Numbered from the stretch's first letter, positions 12,956 through 24,600 are shown. The stretch is DNA of 64,000 bases from Zygnema circumcarinatum SAG 698-1b (GCA_037447605.1 CM074820.1:62001-126000); one strand, 5' to 3'. Notes: generated from the sequence alone by a model not told the origin. Numbers and translations are program-made.

Positions 12956-13378
12956 GCCACGTGGCGGGGGGGCGCCACGTGGCGCGCGGCGAGAGGGCGC
13001 GCCGGTTCGGGCGCGGGGGGGCGCTTTCGGACGCGGCGGGCGGCGCGGGCTGACGTGGCGGATGGCGCAGGCCGCGGCCCAGGGCGCCCCGCGCCACGTG
13101 GCGCGCGGCGGCCCCTCCGCGCCCCGTCCTCCCCCGGCCGGCCGGCGACCACCACCACCCGATGGCCGGCCGCCCGTCCGCCCGGCCAGGCCCCCCCGCC
13201 ACCCACCGCGACCCGCCGCCCGCCACCCGCCACCCGCCACCCGCCACCCGCCAACCGCCCGCTTTGCTTCGCGGAAAACGACGCGCGCCGTGGCCCGCCC
13301 GCCCACCCGCCCGCACGCGGCGGCGTGGCGTGGCGTGGCGTGACGTGGCGTGGCGTCCGGATAGCGCCGTGACGTGAC
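12956..13378. promoter_or_regulatory. G-box/ABRE cluster upstream of the GH63 gene
   Basis: Palindromic GCCACGTGGC at 12956, 12974 and 13093; TGACGTGGC at 13051 and 13341; TGACGTGAC at 13370. All lie in a very GC-rich island. Confidence 0.6.
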
Positions 13379-13813
13379 GCGCCGTGACGCGACAGGCCCC
13401 TTGCCCTAGGTAAGAGGGTAAAGGCAGGGAGGGAGGGACGGACGGACGGAGGGATGGCTGGATGGATGGTAAGATCAAGATTGGCAGGGGCCGAGCCGGG
13501 GCCCGGGCCGGGCGGGGGCGTCCTTGCCTCCCTCCCTGGGCGAGGGCGAGGCCGAGAGCGAGAGCGGCGCGGTGCGGCCCACGCCCGCGCCCCCCCCGCG
13601 CCGTACGCCCTGCCCGGCCGTACGCCCGTCCGTACGCTCGTTCGGGCGGTCGCCGCACTCGCCGGGGTCGTTCCGAGTTCGTTTTGGCCCGGCCCGCCGG
13701 GGACGGCATGTACGGCCCGCCCCCCGGCAAGGGCCGGGGACCCCCCGCCTACCCGTCCCCCTGCCTGCGTGCACGCTGGTCGCAGGGCAGGGCAAGGCAA
13801 GGCAAGGTATGAC

Positions 13814-14665
13814 ATGGCTAAGCAAGCAACGGCCCGGGGGGGGGGGTGGTGGATGGGGTCCTGTCCTTGGTGTCCTGGTTTGGTGCGCGGGCGGGCGGAG
13901 CCGGGGGGGCACGGGAGGGCGTGCTCGCAGCCGACAGTGTTTGCGTGCTTGCTGGCTTGCGGGCTGCGGATGGATGCAGACCTGCACGTGGCCTGGGCTG
14001 GGCTGAGCAACTTCGCGCTGTCCGATAGCTCTGCCTTTGTTCGAACGCCACTTTTGTTAGCGGAGAATGCGCCGTTGGGAACCATGGTCGTGACGCAACA
14101 TTTTTCCACTTCGCTGGGTGGGACTGAAGCCCATCGGTTGTTTGAACGGCAATCTCCACTCTCTCCGCAGCGGGTCGTCTTGGGGCGTTGGCTGAGTTTG
14201 CTCTCGTCAACGTCCCTCGGAGCACTTCCTCTCCTCCCAGATCGGGGCGGGCGGCCGCGCAATGGCGCAAGGTGAGGCGGGTGTTGCTCGCATCGCGTGG
14301 CCCACATCTGAACCCCTAACCTTGCTTAAAATTGACCGCTGGCGGTTGCCCGCCGAGCACGGCTATGCATGTTGAATAAAGATACATGGTATCGCATGGA
14401 GGCTACCTTCTGCACTGGTGCATGCAACCCACAGTGCCGAAACAGGATTCTAAGGCTATACCAGTGGAACAAGTCAAAGAGAGCCACTTGAGCGACCATT
14501 TGCCTGTTCGGAAAATGCAGGACGTTAACTAAAAAATTCAAAAGTAGCACTTGCGCGTTCACAAGTCACACCACCACGTCACGCGCAGCCTTACATCCGA
14601 AGCACATGGAACCCCTCCCTGATGAGGGCGTTGTTCCATGGTCCAACTTCGTTCAACTGGACTGA
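13814..14665 (+). CDS. Candidate two-exon orphan protein (unrecognised)
   Basis: An open frame runs from ATG 13814 (or 13970) to a donor AG|GTGAGG at 14271/14272. A phase-compatible acceptor at 14565 continues HTTTSRAALHPKHMEPLPDEGVVPWSNFVQLD-stop (14665). No family motif recognised. Confidence 0.28.
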
Positions 14666-15236
14666 ATGCTGACATGTCTCAACATAGAACAGCCCATGCA
14701 TGTAACGCTGATGCTGGCCTTAATTTGCAATGATTTTTACATACTTAAACAAATTGATAACCACAATTGTAGACCCTCAACAGTGGGATCCACTTCCCTA
14801 TTAAAAACCAAACCTAAAACCCTCAACCTATTGTTTGGTATCTTGATCTAAGTGGATTCGAACTCCTCGTAAAAAATGGAGTACAGCCTCTGAGTCTAAG
14901 GGTAGCTGACTGGTTGACTTTTGAGAAAAGAATAAGATAGTAGAGCAAAAGTTTAGCGCAAGCCACTCTGCTACTTTCTAGAGCTGTAAATCGTAATAGC
15001 CCGACAATCCCATCGTCATGTAAGCACTTCCTTCTCTTCTGGCTTAAGATTAAGGTTCCGTGGATTTTTAAACTTTTTAGGGTTCTGGTCCCCCCTTCTT
15101 ATACACAACGGCCAGTCACATTCACATTCACATTTACATTCACTGAAAGACTGACTCTAGTAGCATAAAAACAAGTAAACAAAAGAGGTTTACATACAGT
15201 AGACGGGATTTGAAGATAGAATTCCTCACTCATATT

Positions 15237-17915
15237 TTATGGCCTCCCTAAATCACCACCTGAGCTTTCTCTAGAACGGCATTTTCTTTCCGCATCGATC
15301 AACGCCAGAGCGGACTTCGCACTCTCGCAGCCTTGATCCGCCGCCTTTTGAAGCAGTTCTAAGGCGCGATTCATGTCTCTCGTAACACCATTACCGGTCA
15401 TGTACAATCGCCCTAAATTGTACTGGGCTGCAAAATCACCATTCTCAGCAGCCCTCGCATAAAGCTGAATGGCCTGTTCCATGTCCTTGGAGACTCCATC
15501 TCCGATCGCGTAGCACACAGCTAAATTGAACTGGGCATCCCGATTGCCATTCTCTGCAGCGTGCGTGTAAAGCTGAATGGCCTGTTCCATGTCCTTTGGG
15601 ACTCCATCTCCGCTCGCATAGCACCAAGCTAAAATGCACTGGGCATTACGATCACCATTCTCTGCACAGCGCGCATAAAGCTGAACGGCCTGTTCCATGT
15701 CCTTGGGGACTCCATCTCCCTTGTCGTAGCACACAGCTAAATTGAACTTGGCACCCCAATTGCCATTTTCTGCAGCGCGCTTGAAAAACTGAACGGCCTG
15801 TTCCATGTCCTTTGTGACTCCATCTCCGTTCTCGTAGCACCAAGCTAAATTGTACTGGGCCTCAGAATGGCCATTCTCAGCAGCCCTCGCATAAAGCTGA
15901 ATGGCCTGTTCCATGTCCTTGGAGACTCCATCTCCGACCGCGTAGCACACACCTAAATGGCACTGGGCCGCAAGATGGCCATTCTTAGCAGCGCGCGCAT
16001 AAAGCTGAACAGCCTGCTCCATGTCTTTGGGGACTCCATCTCCGTTCCTGTAGCACCTAGCTAAATTGACCTGGGCGTCAAGATGGCCATTCTCTGCAGC
16101 ACGCGCAAAAAGCTTTACGGCCTGTTCCATGTCCTCGGAGACTCCATCTCCGCTCGCATAGCACAGACCTAATTTGTACTGCGCCTTACTGTCTCCCTGA
16201 TCCGCCCTGCTCCTTAATTCACTGACTATCTTCTGCTCCTTAGAAGGCGAATCTTCTCCTTTTCTTTTTTCAGGTGCAGGCGTTTGTGCTGATCCTGTTG
16301 AATCGGGTTGCTTTCCCCTCTTTGCATCCTTCGCTGCTTTTTGCAATCGAGGCAGCACATCGCTCTCAAGACTGGGCCGAAAAGACCTCTCCTCGTTCAC
16401 GCATTGGAGTGCCACCTGAAGAGCTGCTTCCGTCGACTCCCGCTCCCACGCCCCTGCCCGCGGGTCTAGCTCCTTCATGAAGACAACTGTCAATTTATCC
16501 CAGTCGCGTTTAGGCTGACCTGGCCCGAAGCTCTCGAGGAGTCTATGGATGTTTTGAATCCTGTTGTCGCCCGTGAGCAGCTGCAAAATAACGACGCCGA
16601 GGGCGTACACGTCGGCAGTGCCTGTGAGCATTCCCTTTCGTGTCTCCGGCGTCATGCACCTATAAGGAGGAAGAAAGTGGGGGGGGTTAGGGAGATGAAT
16701 AAATCCCATCCCTACTAGTAAGAGAGGATGACGAGAAGGAGAACTCCTCAAGAAGCAACAAAATAGAGTGGAAAATGATGTACTCAAAAGTGCCTTGAAA
16801 ATGGCCTGTTTGGATTGTGCCATGGAACCTTTCAACCGGGCTCATGTCCGCCAGCTTGGAGGTGAGGTTCCCGTCCAATAGCACGTTCTCCGGCTTCAAT
16901 TCGCGGTGGATGATATCTTTCTGGTGCATGAACAGAAGAGCGGACGCCATCTCGGCACATATCCGGAGACGGTCCGCCCAACCAACGGGGGGATACTTGG
17001 CAGCAGGGTCTCTCAGGCGGTCCAAGAGGCTCCCTCCGCTCATGAGCTCGCTCACAAAGCAGCGCGCTTCGGGGCTCCATCCCATGAACTGCACAATGTG
17101 AGGATGGTGCAGCCGGCTTAAAGTCACCACCTCCTTCTCAAATCCTTTCGTGGACCTGCCCTCATGCAGCCTCTTTACTACCACAGCGGTGCCATATAGC
17201 ATGCCTTTGTAGACCGACCCAAAGGCTCCTTTTCCGAGCAGGTTTGTGTTGGAGAAATTGTCAGTAATCTCCACCATAAGGCTTTCCTGGAAGGTTTCAG
17301 GCATGGCCACTTTGGAAGCAAGAATTTCAATAGTCGTTTGAATACTGAGCACTTCCTGTCGACGATTGTCAGATACACTGTACGTTCCTGGTCCTCCAAC
17401 TCCGCCACGAACGCTTCGACCTGAGTGAGGACATGCCATCCGTTAACGTCAAAATCCCGAGTGGGAGCAAGCGAAGTTGTTGCTTTCCCTCGCAAATCCT
17501 CTCCAAGGAACCTTATGCTCACAGCCTAACAGAATACCCAACAAAACAAAGCCAAAGCTCCATGAAAAAAGCAAAGGCAAGATTCATTCTAAGTCTAATA
17601 CATTCCAGTGCAGATTACAACATATTTAAGAAAATCAATATTCTCCTATTCGTCACGCCTTCAATTTCACCTTACTCCCGAAAGCATCCTCAGCCCCTCC
17701 GAAACCCTGCTGCTATGACATTCGTCCAGCAAGCTGCAATGCAGCGGCCTCCTTCCCTCCCTCCCAAATGACCCCGCCATGCCTTCCCCTGACTTCCCCA
17801 GCCCATCCGCACCGCACAGTCGGCCTCCAAGAGTTTTGAAGCCTTCCGTACAGCCTGCCATCCCTACGGCAGCCGGCGCAGTCCGGCCGTGCCCGCCGAC
17901 AGACATTTCGGCCAT
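15237..17915 (-). CDS. RLK/Pelle (RLCK-IX-like) kinase domain with degenerate catalytic motifs fused to 8 C-terminal Sel1-like repeats
   Basis: Kinase motifs LGKGAFGSVYKG, VVVKRL, FEKEVVTLSRLHHPHIV, IIHRELKPENVLLD, KLADMS and DVYALGVVILQLLTG..LDPRAGAW..ALQC..RPSL..VLPRL. Intron 16660-16783 joins GTFE|CMTPE. Upstream introns (17526-17675 and a 65-nt intron 17356-17420 with a CTGAC branch site) and the ATG at 17915 are inferred. Confidence 0.85.
15330..16193 (-). repeat. Coding tandem repeat: 8 x 108 bp (36-aa Sel1-like repeats)
   Basis: The anchor CTCCATCTCC recurs at 15494, 15602, 15710, 15818, 15926, 16034 and 16142 (exact 108-bp spacing). Protein consensus is xxxAQxNLxxCYxxGDGVxKDMEQAxQLYARAAENG. 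Confidence 0.97.
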
Positions 17916-17976
17916 GGCCTACGGCAGCCGGTGCCCGCGCGGAAATAATACGTGCACAGGGCGGATCATTGGATCG

Positions 17977-18093
17977 GCAACCATTGGACAATCGTTGAAT
18001 TGTCAATGGTTGGACGTCCAATGGTTGGCAAGCAGTCGTATGTTTGGCAAGCATTGGATCCAATGGTTGGCAAGCACTTGATCCAAAGGTTGG
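17977..18093. promoter_or_regulatory. Array of CAA-N3-TTG inverted motifs (CCAATGGTTGG-like) in the kinase/ACC divergent promoter
   Basis: Seven copies at 17978, 17989, 18004, 18019, 18048, 18061 and 18084. A GGCCAATCA box at ~18241 and CACGTG at 18222 lie nearby. Regulatory function is inferred. Confidence 0.5.
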
Positions 18094-18680
18094 CAACCGG
18101 TCTCATGGTTGGTTTGATGGTCCCCGCCCCCCCGGTGAGTACGGTCCGTGTTCGAGCAGAGCCCGCCCGCCCGCCCTCGGAGGCCGCGCCGTCCCGTCCG
18201 CTGGCTGTCCCGGCGCCTCCGCACGTGTGAGGGCCCCAGCGGCCAATCAGCGGCCGCCACGCGAGAGGTCCTGTCGGTCGTCCGTCCGGTCGGTCGGTCG
18301 GTCGGTCAGGCGCGGACAGGAGCTGCGTCACGTCACGCGGTCACGCATGCTGGCGCTGGGACGGACGACGGTCTGACCGGCGGCCATGGCCGCGCCGCCT
18401 CGCCTGCTCGCGGTGATAGGGGAAGGCCCCCCCCCTCCCGCTGTAGGCCTCTGGTGTTCATCACCGCCTCAGAGAGGTGTTCATCATCTCTTCTGACGCA
18501 CGGAGACCGTCTGCGCTAGAATCGAAAGCTGTTTTTGCACACCCAAAGACTACCTTTCTTCCTCATATAGAATATTTTGAATCCAGCTGTTCGTGTAAAA
18601 CTTTCGTTTTTACTAAAGGATAATTCAGGTTATCTCTAATATTTCAAATTACAAGTCTCTTCTTTCCGGTCTACTCTGCC

Positions 18681-21600
18681 ATGGCTCCAGGCTGCCCACT
18701 TGATGCATTTAGCTTTGCACAGCAGGGCGGGGGTGGCTCTGCGACTTGCAGTGTGAAGATGGGCATCCAGGAGCAGACGCAGATCGATGGGAACGGTCGC
18801 ACCACGCAGCAGCTAGAGGAGTTTTGCAACATTATGGGAGGGGCCCCTATAAAGAGCGTCCTGGTGGCCAATAACGGGATTGCTGCAGTCAAGTTCATTC
18901 GGAGCATTCGCATGTGGTCGTACCAGACATTCGGAAATGAACGGTGAGTTGTGTGGGAAATTAACCAAAACGAAAAAAATCGAGGAAACATCTGAGGCGT
19001 GTGCCTCTGATTGCATAACAAATGGTTACAATTTTCTGGTAGGAAGTGAACAGATTCAAGCACATTCATTACCCCTCACGAAAACTTGCCAGCACGTGAA
19101 AGGCTCGTTCTTTTTTTTATCCACACTGATTTGAAAACTGAATAATAGAGGATGTCCCCATATCCGGAATCCTCTCCATCTCACGGGCTCATTTTTGGGA
19201 AATTTCTATTTTTTCTTCACGATGTAGGACAATCACATTGGTCGCCATGGCCACACCCGAAGACATGCGCATAAATGCAGAGCACATCCGGCTGGCTGAT
19301 CAGTTTGTGGAGGTTCCAGGAGGAACCAATAACAACAACTACGCTAATGTACAGCTAATTGTTGGGGTGAGTTGACCATGTATAGTATGCATTCTGGGAC
19401 AACAGAATCATCGTGGTTTTTGTGAAAGAGAATACAATCCTGTTGACTTTTGGCATCACTACTGTGATGTGCAGGTGGCAGAACGCATGAAAATTGATGC
19501 AGTTTGGCCTGGATGGGGCCATGCCTCTGAAGTGCCTGCCTTGCCAGAGGCCCTTTCACAACATGGCATAAAGTTCCTCGGACCGCCCGCTGCACCAATG
19601 GCCGCGCTCGGCGACAAGATCGGCTCGTCCATCATCGCGCAGTCAGCCGGAGTGCCGACAGTGGAGTGGAGCGGAAGCAAGGCAGGAAACCAGACCCCTT
19701 GCAAGCAGAAATACGTTGACGAATAAGAGTGTGTGGAATTGGCTTGCAGTGGACGCACAAGAACAGCTGCAACAAGGAGGTGCAGACAACTGAAGCCGGT
19801 TTCGTGGCGCAGGTCATACTGTCGCGGGAGAAATGCAGCGAGCCGATTCCGGATTCCGTGTACCGGCGCGCGTGTGTGCACACAACGGAGGAAGCACTCG
19901 CCGCGTGCGCCAAAATCGGATACCCGGCGATGATCAAGGCGTCCTGGGGGGGCGGAGGGAAGGGCATCCGGAAAGTGAGCCCCGTGATCAGTACTGTTGA
20001 GAGCGACAACAGGGTCTGACCTAGTCATTGAGCGAATGCATATGTCGACGACTGCCACTCGTTACATTGTCGCCATATTCAAACTTCGAATGCGTCATGT
20101 CAACCGTTGTGCTTTCTCTGATGGTATTCAGAACCTTGGTTTTGCATGTCGGAAATGACAGAGAAACGTATGCTCAGTGTAGGATGTTCCTTTTGGCAGG
20201 TGCAAAACCAGGAGGATGTGCGGAATCTCTTTAAGCAAGTGCAAGGGGAAGTGCCGGGTTCACCAATTTTCATGATGAAGTTGGCGACGCAGGTCTGTCA
20301 GATTGGACTGATTCTTTCCACTCTTTCCACCCTGAAGAAATGTTATAGCTATGTTGTTCTTTATGAAGCGTTGAAACGTTTCCAAGCTGGAACTTATAGT
20401 ACGTTGCCGTTGACAACGTTGTTGGTGCTTTACTATTGGCAGTGCCGCCACTTGGAAGTGCAGCTTGTGTGCGATGTGTATGGGAACGTGGCGGCCCTTC
20501 ATTCCCGCGACTGTTCTGTGCAGCGCCGCCATCAAAAGGTGCAACCAGTCGACCTGAAGGATTTTTGCTTGGTCAAACCACAGAAACCGTGAACTTGTTG
20601 TAGACTGTCTCTTTTCCTAACCCCACCCCCTTCCCTGTCTTGAATAGTACCCCAAGCATTCAAACTACGTCTTGTCCAAGTCAGCAATACTCTAAACGTG
20701 CTCGAGTTCCATTTACATGGAGCAGATTGTCGAGGAGGGACCCATCACGGTAGCTCCGCAGGAGACCATTCGCGAGCTGGAGAGGGGGGCGTGCCGCTTG
20801 GCGGCGTCTGTGGGATACGTCGGCGCCGCGACGGTGGAATACCTCTACAGCATGGAGACGGGGCAGTTCTTCTTCCTCGAGCTCAACCCTCGCTTGCAGG
20901 TGCGGAAGAAAGCATGAAGGAGACAATTGCGGTTTCAGCGAGTCGTTGCAACTGTGAACTACTCGGAAACTAAACCAATGCACGTATCCCGGTTTGCTTT
21001 TCTACGCCAGGTGGAGCATCCGGTGACAGAGTGGATAGCCAATGTGAACTTGCCGGCAACGCAGCTCATGATCGCGATGGGCATCCCTCTCTGGCGGATG
21101 CCTGGTAAGTTTGTGTACAGCTCTGAGCCACGAGTCTCAGAATGCAAGCGTCATTTCAAACACATAGCAGCAAGCGTCTCTCTGCACGGCAATTCCTTCG
21201 AACATGCAGAGTCTGCAGGTCAATGAGCGCGCCCTTCCCTGCGGCGTTTGCCCATGCAGAAATTCGGCGGCTGTACGGGCAGCCTTCAGGGGGCGGCCTG
21301 CACACGTGGCGGCAGGCCCATTGCGCGCTGCCCTTCTCCTTCCCGGAGGCGCAGCAGACGCCCCCGCGCGGCCACGTGGTGGCCGTGCGCGTAACCAGCG
21401 AGGACCCCGAGGACGGCTTCAAGCCCACCACCGGCCGCATTCAGGTGCGCCGCTATCCTCTCCTGCACCCGCCATACAACCATCTTCCTTTTCCATCCCT
21501 TTCCCGGGAGACAAGACATTGTACTTACTCGTTTTGTCACGTTCACACTTACGTTGCAGGAATTGAGCTTCCGCAGCAAGCCAGACGTGTGGGCCTACTT

Positions 21601-24600
21601 CTCCGTCAAAGTAAGCTTTCTGCAAGTCTTATGTATTCCACATGTATTTTAATTAAAATTACACAGTCACTCAATACCACGCATTCGTCGCTGGCTATGC
21701 TGGACAGTCGGGCGGCGGAATCCATGAGTTTTCAGACTCGCAGTTCGGTCACTTGTTCGCGTTTGGCGAGAACCGTGCCGCCGCCATTAGCAACATGGTG
21801 TTGGCCCTGAAGGAGGTGCACATCCGCGGGGAGATCCGGACCATCGTGGCCTATGTGGTGGACCTCCTCCACACGTGCGAGTATCAGGACAACCGCATTC
21901 ACACGGGCTGGTTGGACGCACGCATCGCCATGCGCCTAAGGGTGGAGCCGCTGCCGTGGCACGTGCCGGTCATTGCGGGAGCGCTATATGTAAGTCCTTT
22001 CCATGCAGTCCATTCCATGTTCAAATTGGCATGGGTGAAATCGAGAAATTTCTGCTCCCTCTTCTGAGCATCCTGGGCTTTCCACCTTCTTGCAGAGCGC
22101 AACACGGCAGTCAGCAGCTGTGATTTCGGAATACATCGGGTACCTTGAAAAGGGGCAAATTCCACCAAAGGTTAGCACTGTCTCGGATTTTGAACTTCGT
22201 GTTTTTGAGGGGCGAGAAGGAGAAGATGGGTGAGGGATTACTGCAGTCTTTCCGCCCCCGACAAAGAAAAAAAAAAAAAAAAATCGAAGTTCGTCACAGC
22301 CCGACATTAAGAGATAATATAATTCACAACCATGCGATATTTCTCCAGCTCGTGCCAGCTCCGAGCAAATTCTGATATCCGAATGTTCTGTATTGCTCTG
22401 CCAGACTCTCTCCCTCACCTCCCACCAGGCCGTGCTGAACATCGAGGGCGTGAAGTACACAGTGACTCTCTCCCGGCGGTCCAGCAAGCGCTACCTCCTG
22501 CAGCTCAACCACTCCGCGGTAGAAGCCGAAGCGCACACCCTCCACGACGGCGGCCTTCTAGTCCAGGTCCCAATCTTAACCCTAACAACTTTCCCTCATG
22601 CTCACATCTGTGTCACATCAACAAGGGAAAGCCCTCACCAGAGCTTTTTTGTCTTACGATTTTTTGGACCGTTTCTTTTTTTGAAACACGCTACGGTGTA
22701 TGTGCGATATGGAATGCAGGTGGACGGCAGCTCGCACATGGTGTACGGAGAAGAGGAGGAGGGTAGCGGCACGCGGCTGTTCATAGGCGGGCGCGCGTGT
22801 CTCCTTGAGCGCGAGCAGGACCCCTCCCGCCTCCGCGCGGCCACGCCCTGCCGCCTCCTCCGCTACCTCGCGAGGGACGGCGCGCGGCTATTGGCCGGCG
22901 CGCCCTACGCCGAGGTAGAGGTCATGAAGATGTGCATGCCCCTGCTCGCCCCCGCCGCGGGCCGCCTCCGCTGCGTCATGCAGGAGGGTCACCCCGCGCA
23001 GGTAAAGAGGCGACCTCAACCACAACATCGTCATCCTAAAAACCCTAAAAAAGGATAAGGTTTAATGAACTTCTCTCGGCGTCACCGGCTGCGAATTGCT
23101 CTACTAGTTTCGTCGATCTTGAGCAGTGTCTGCGTTGCGTTGGCATGGGGAGCAGGCGGGCGATTTGGTGGCCACGTTAGAGCTGGAGGATGCGAGGGCG
23201 ATACGGCAGGCGGAGCCCTTTGCAGGAGAGCTGCCCCCTTTGGGCCCTCCCACCGCCTCGCCCAGCAAGGCTCATCAGCGCTTTGCTGCCGCCATGGCGG
23301 ATGCGCGCATGCTCTTGGCGGGATACAAGCAGGATGCTTCGCAAGTAAGTTTTTTTTACCTCCTTCCCTCACCTCTTCCCGCATCCTTTGGCTCGGCTTT
23401 GGCCTCCATCAACAGTCCCCATCTCTGCCCGCAGTAGGGAAACGGCCTACTCGAAACGGAGTGATGAGCGTAGTTTGAAACTACCTTAGGGCTGAAAGAG
23501 CAACTGGACTGGTCAACGGAGTTTCACACCGACCTCGTTTACCTCCAACAGTGTGGTCCATGTGGAAGGGTTCGTTTTCATGGTCCTCAACATCTACTTT
23601 TGCTGACGTGGTTCACCTTTTTTGACGTGATCTCGCACATGCGAACGGTTGAAGAGAGGGCAAACCTATAGATCCTCCGATAGAACGCGTGGCAGTAATT
23701 GGCGCGACCGTGCACGTGGTAGACACGTGGCGGGTTTCTATTCGAGAAGTCTCTTTTCGTCGCCGTCGCCCGCCAGATTTCATCACGCGGATGGGTTGAC
23801 TTTTGCTAAAAACCTGAATCGTGCGAGTTCGCAACTTTGGGGAGAAACCAAGACGACATGAAACTGGACCCTTACTGTACAGTATTGATGGTCGCTATTT
23901 TGTACGGTAACCAGCTCCTTCGGCCACTACTCCGCTTCTGCTCGTAACCAGTGTGCCGCGCTGCTCCCCCCTCTGCAGGTTGTGCAGCAGCTCGAACAGA
24001 GCCTGCGGGAGCCGCGTCTCCCCGCGCTGCAATGGCAGGACTGCTTCGCCATTCACGCCACTCGCCTTCCGAGAGAGCTTCACAAGCAGGTCAGAATGCT
24101 CAAGTTTACCTGCGGGATTGGTCCCGCTGCATCCAGTTCATTTTATTCGAAGTTTTGCACCTTGTGAGAACCAATTCATACCGTAGTTTACGTTTGAACG
24201 AGTGGCGTGTCGCAGCTGGAAGAAATTTGGGAGAAGTTCGGAGCAGCCGAGGAGGGGCACTTTCCTGCGAAGGAGCTGGGGGAGACTCTAGAGGTGAGAA
24301 CGCAGCTCCCTCCTGCATGTGAAATTGTCTTATAATCTAGCCCCCCTCGACATCGTTATCCACCTTCAGCACCATGTCTATCTCTCTGGAACAATTAGCA
24401 ATCTAATAACGTCCAAATAATAATAATAATAATAATAATAGTAATAGGCACTCCTTTTTCTGCCGCTTGCATCACTGCCTTTCGGCTAAAAAACCTTTTG
24501 TTCATCCCTGTTGAGAAATGTGTTGTGCTGTTGCCGTGTGCAGCGCCACGTGGCGAGTGTGCCGGAGAGGGAGCGCGTCGCGCAGGAGACGCTGGCGGCA

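Noticed and set aside
12660-14307. Several long Arg/Gly/Pro-rich ORFs (356 aa, 467 aa etc.)
   Set aside because: Stop-codon scarcity in a very GC-rich island explains them; no domain motifs, and they overlap on both strands.
14840-14920. tRNA/SINE-like B-box (GTTCGAATCC on the minus strand at ~14855-14864) with a weak A-box
   Set aside because: The spacing is too short, there is an internal T6 run and I could not fold a cloverleaf; at most a degenerate remnant. tRNAscan-SE would settle it.
17178-17439. Apparent frameshift (pseudogene) at the kinase N-terminus
   Set aside because: It is resolved by a plausible 65-nt GT-AG intron (17420-17356) with a CTGAC branch site.
18386-18680. Upstream ATG (MAAPPRLLA..) as an alternative plastid-targeting first exon of ACC
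   Set aside because: The available donors are phase 0, while the acceptor at 18655 needs phase 2, so it does not splice in frame.
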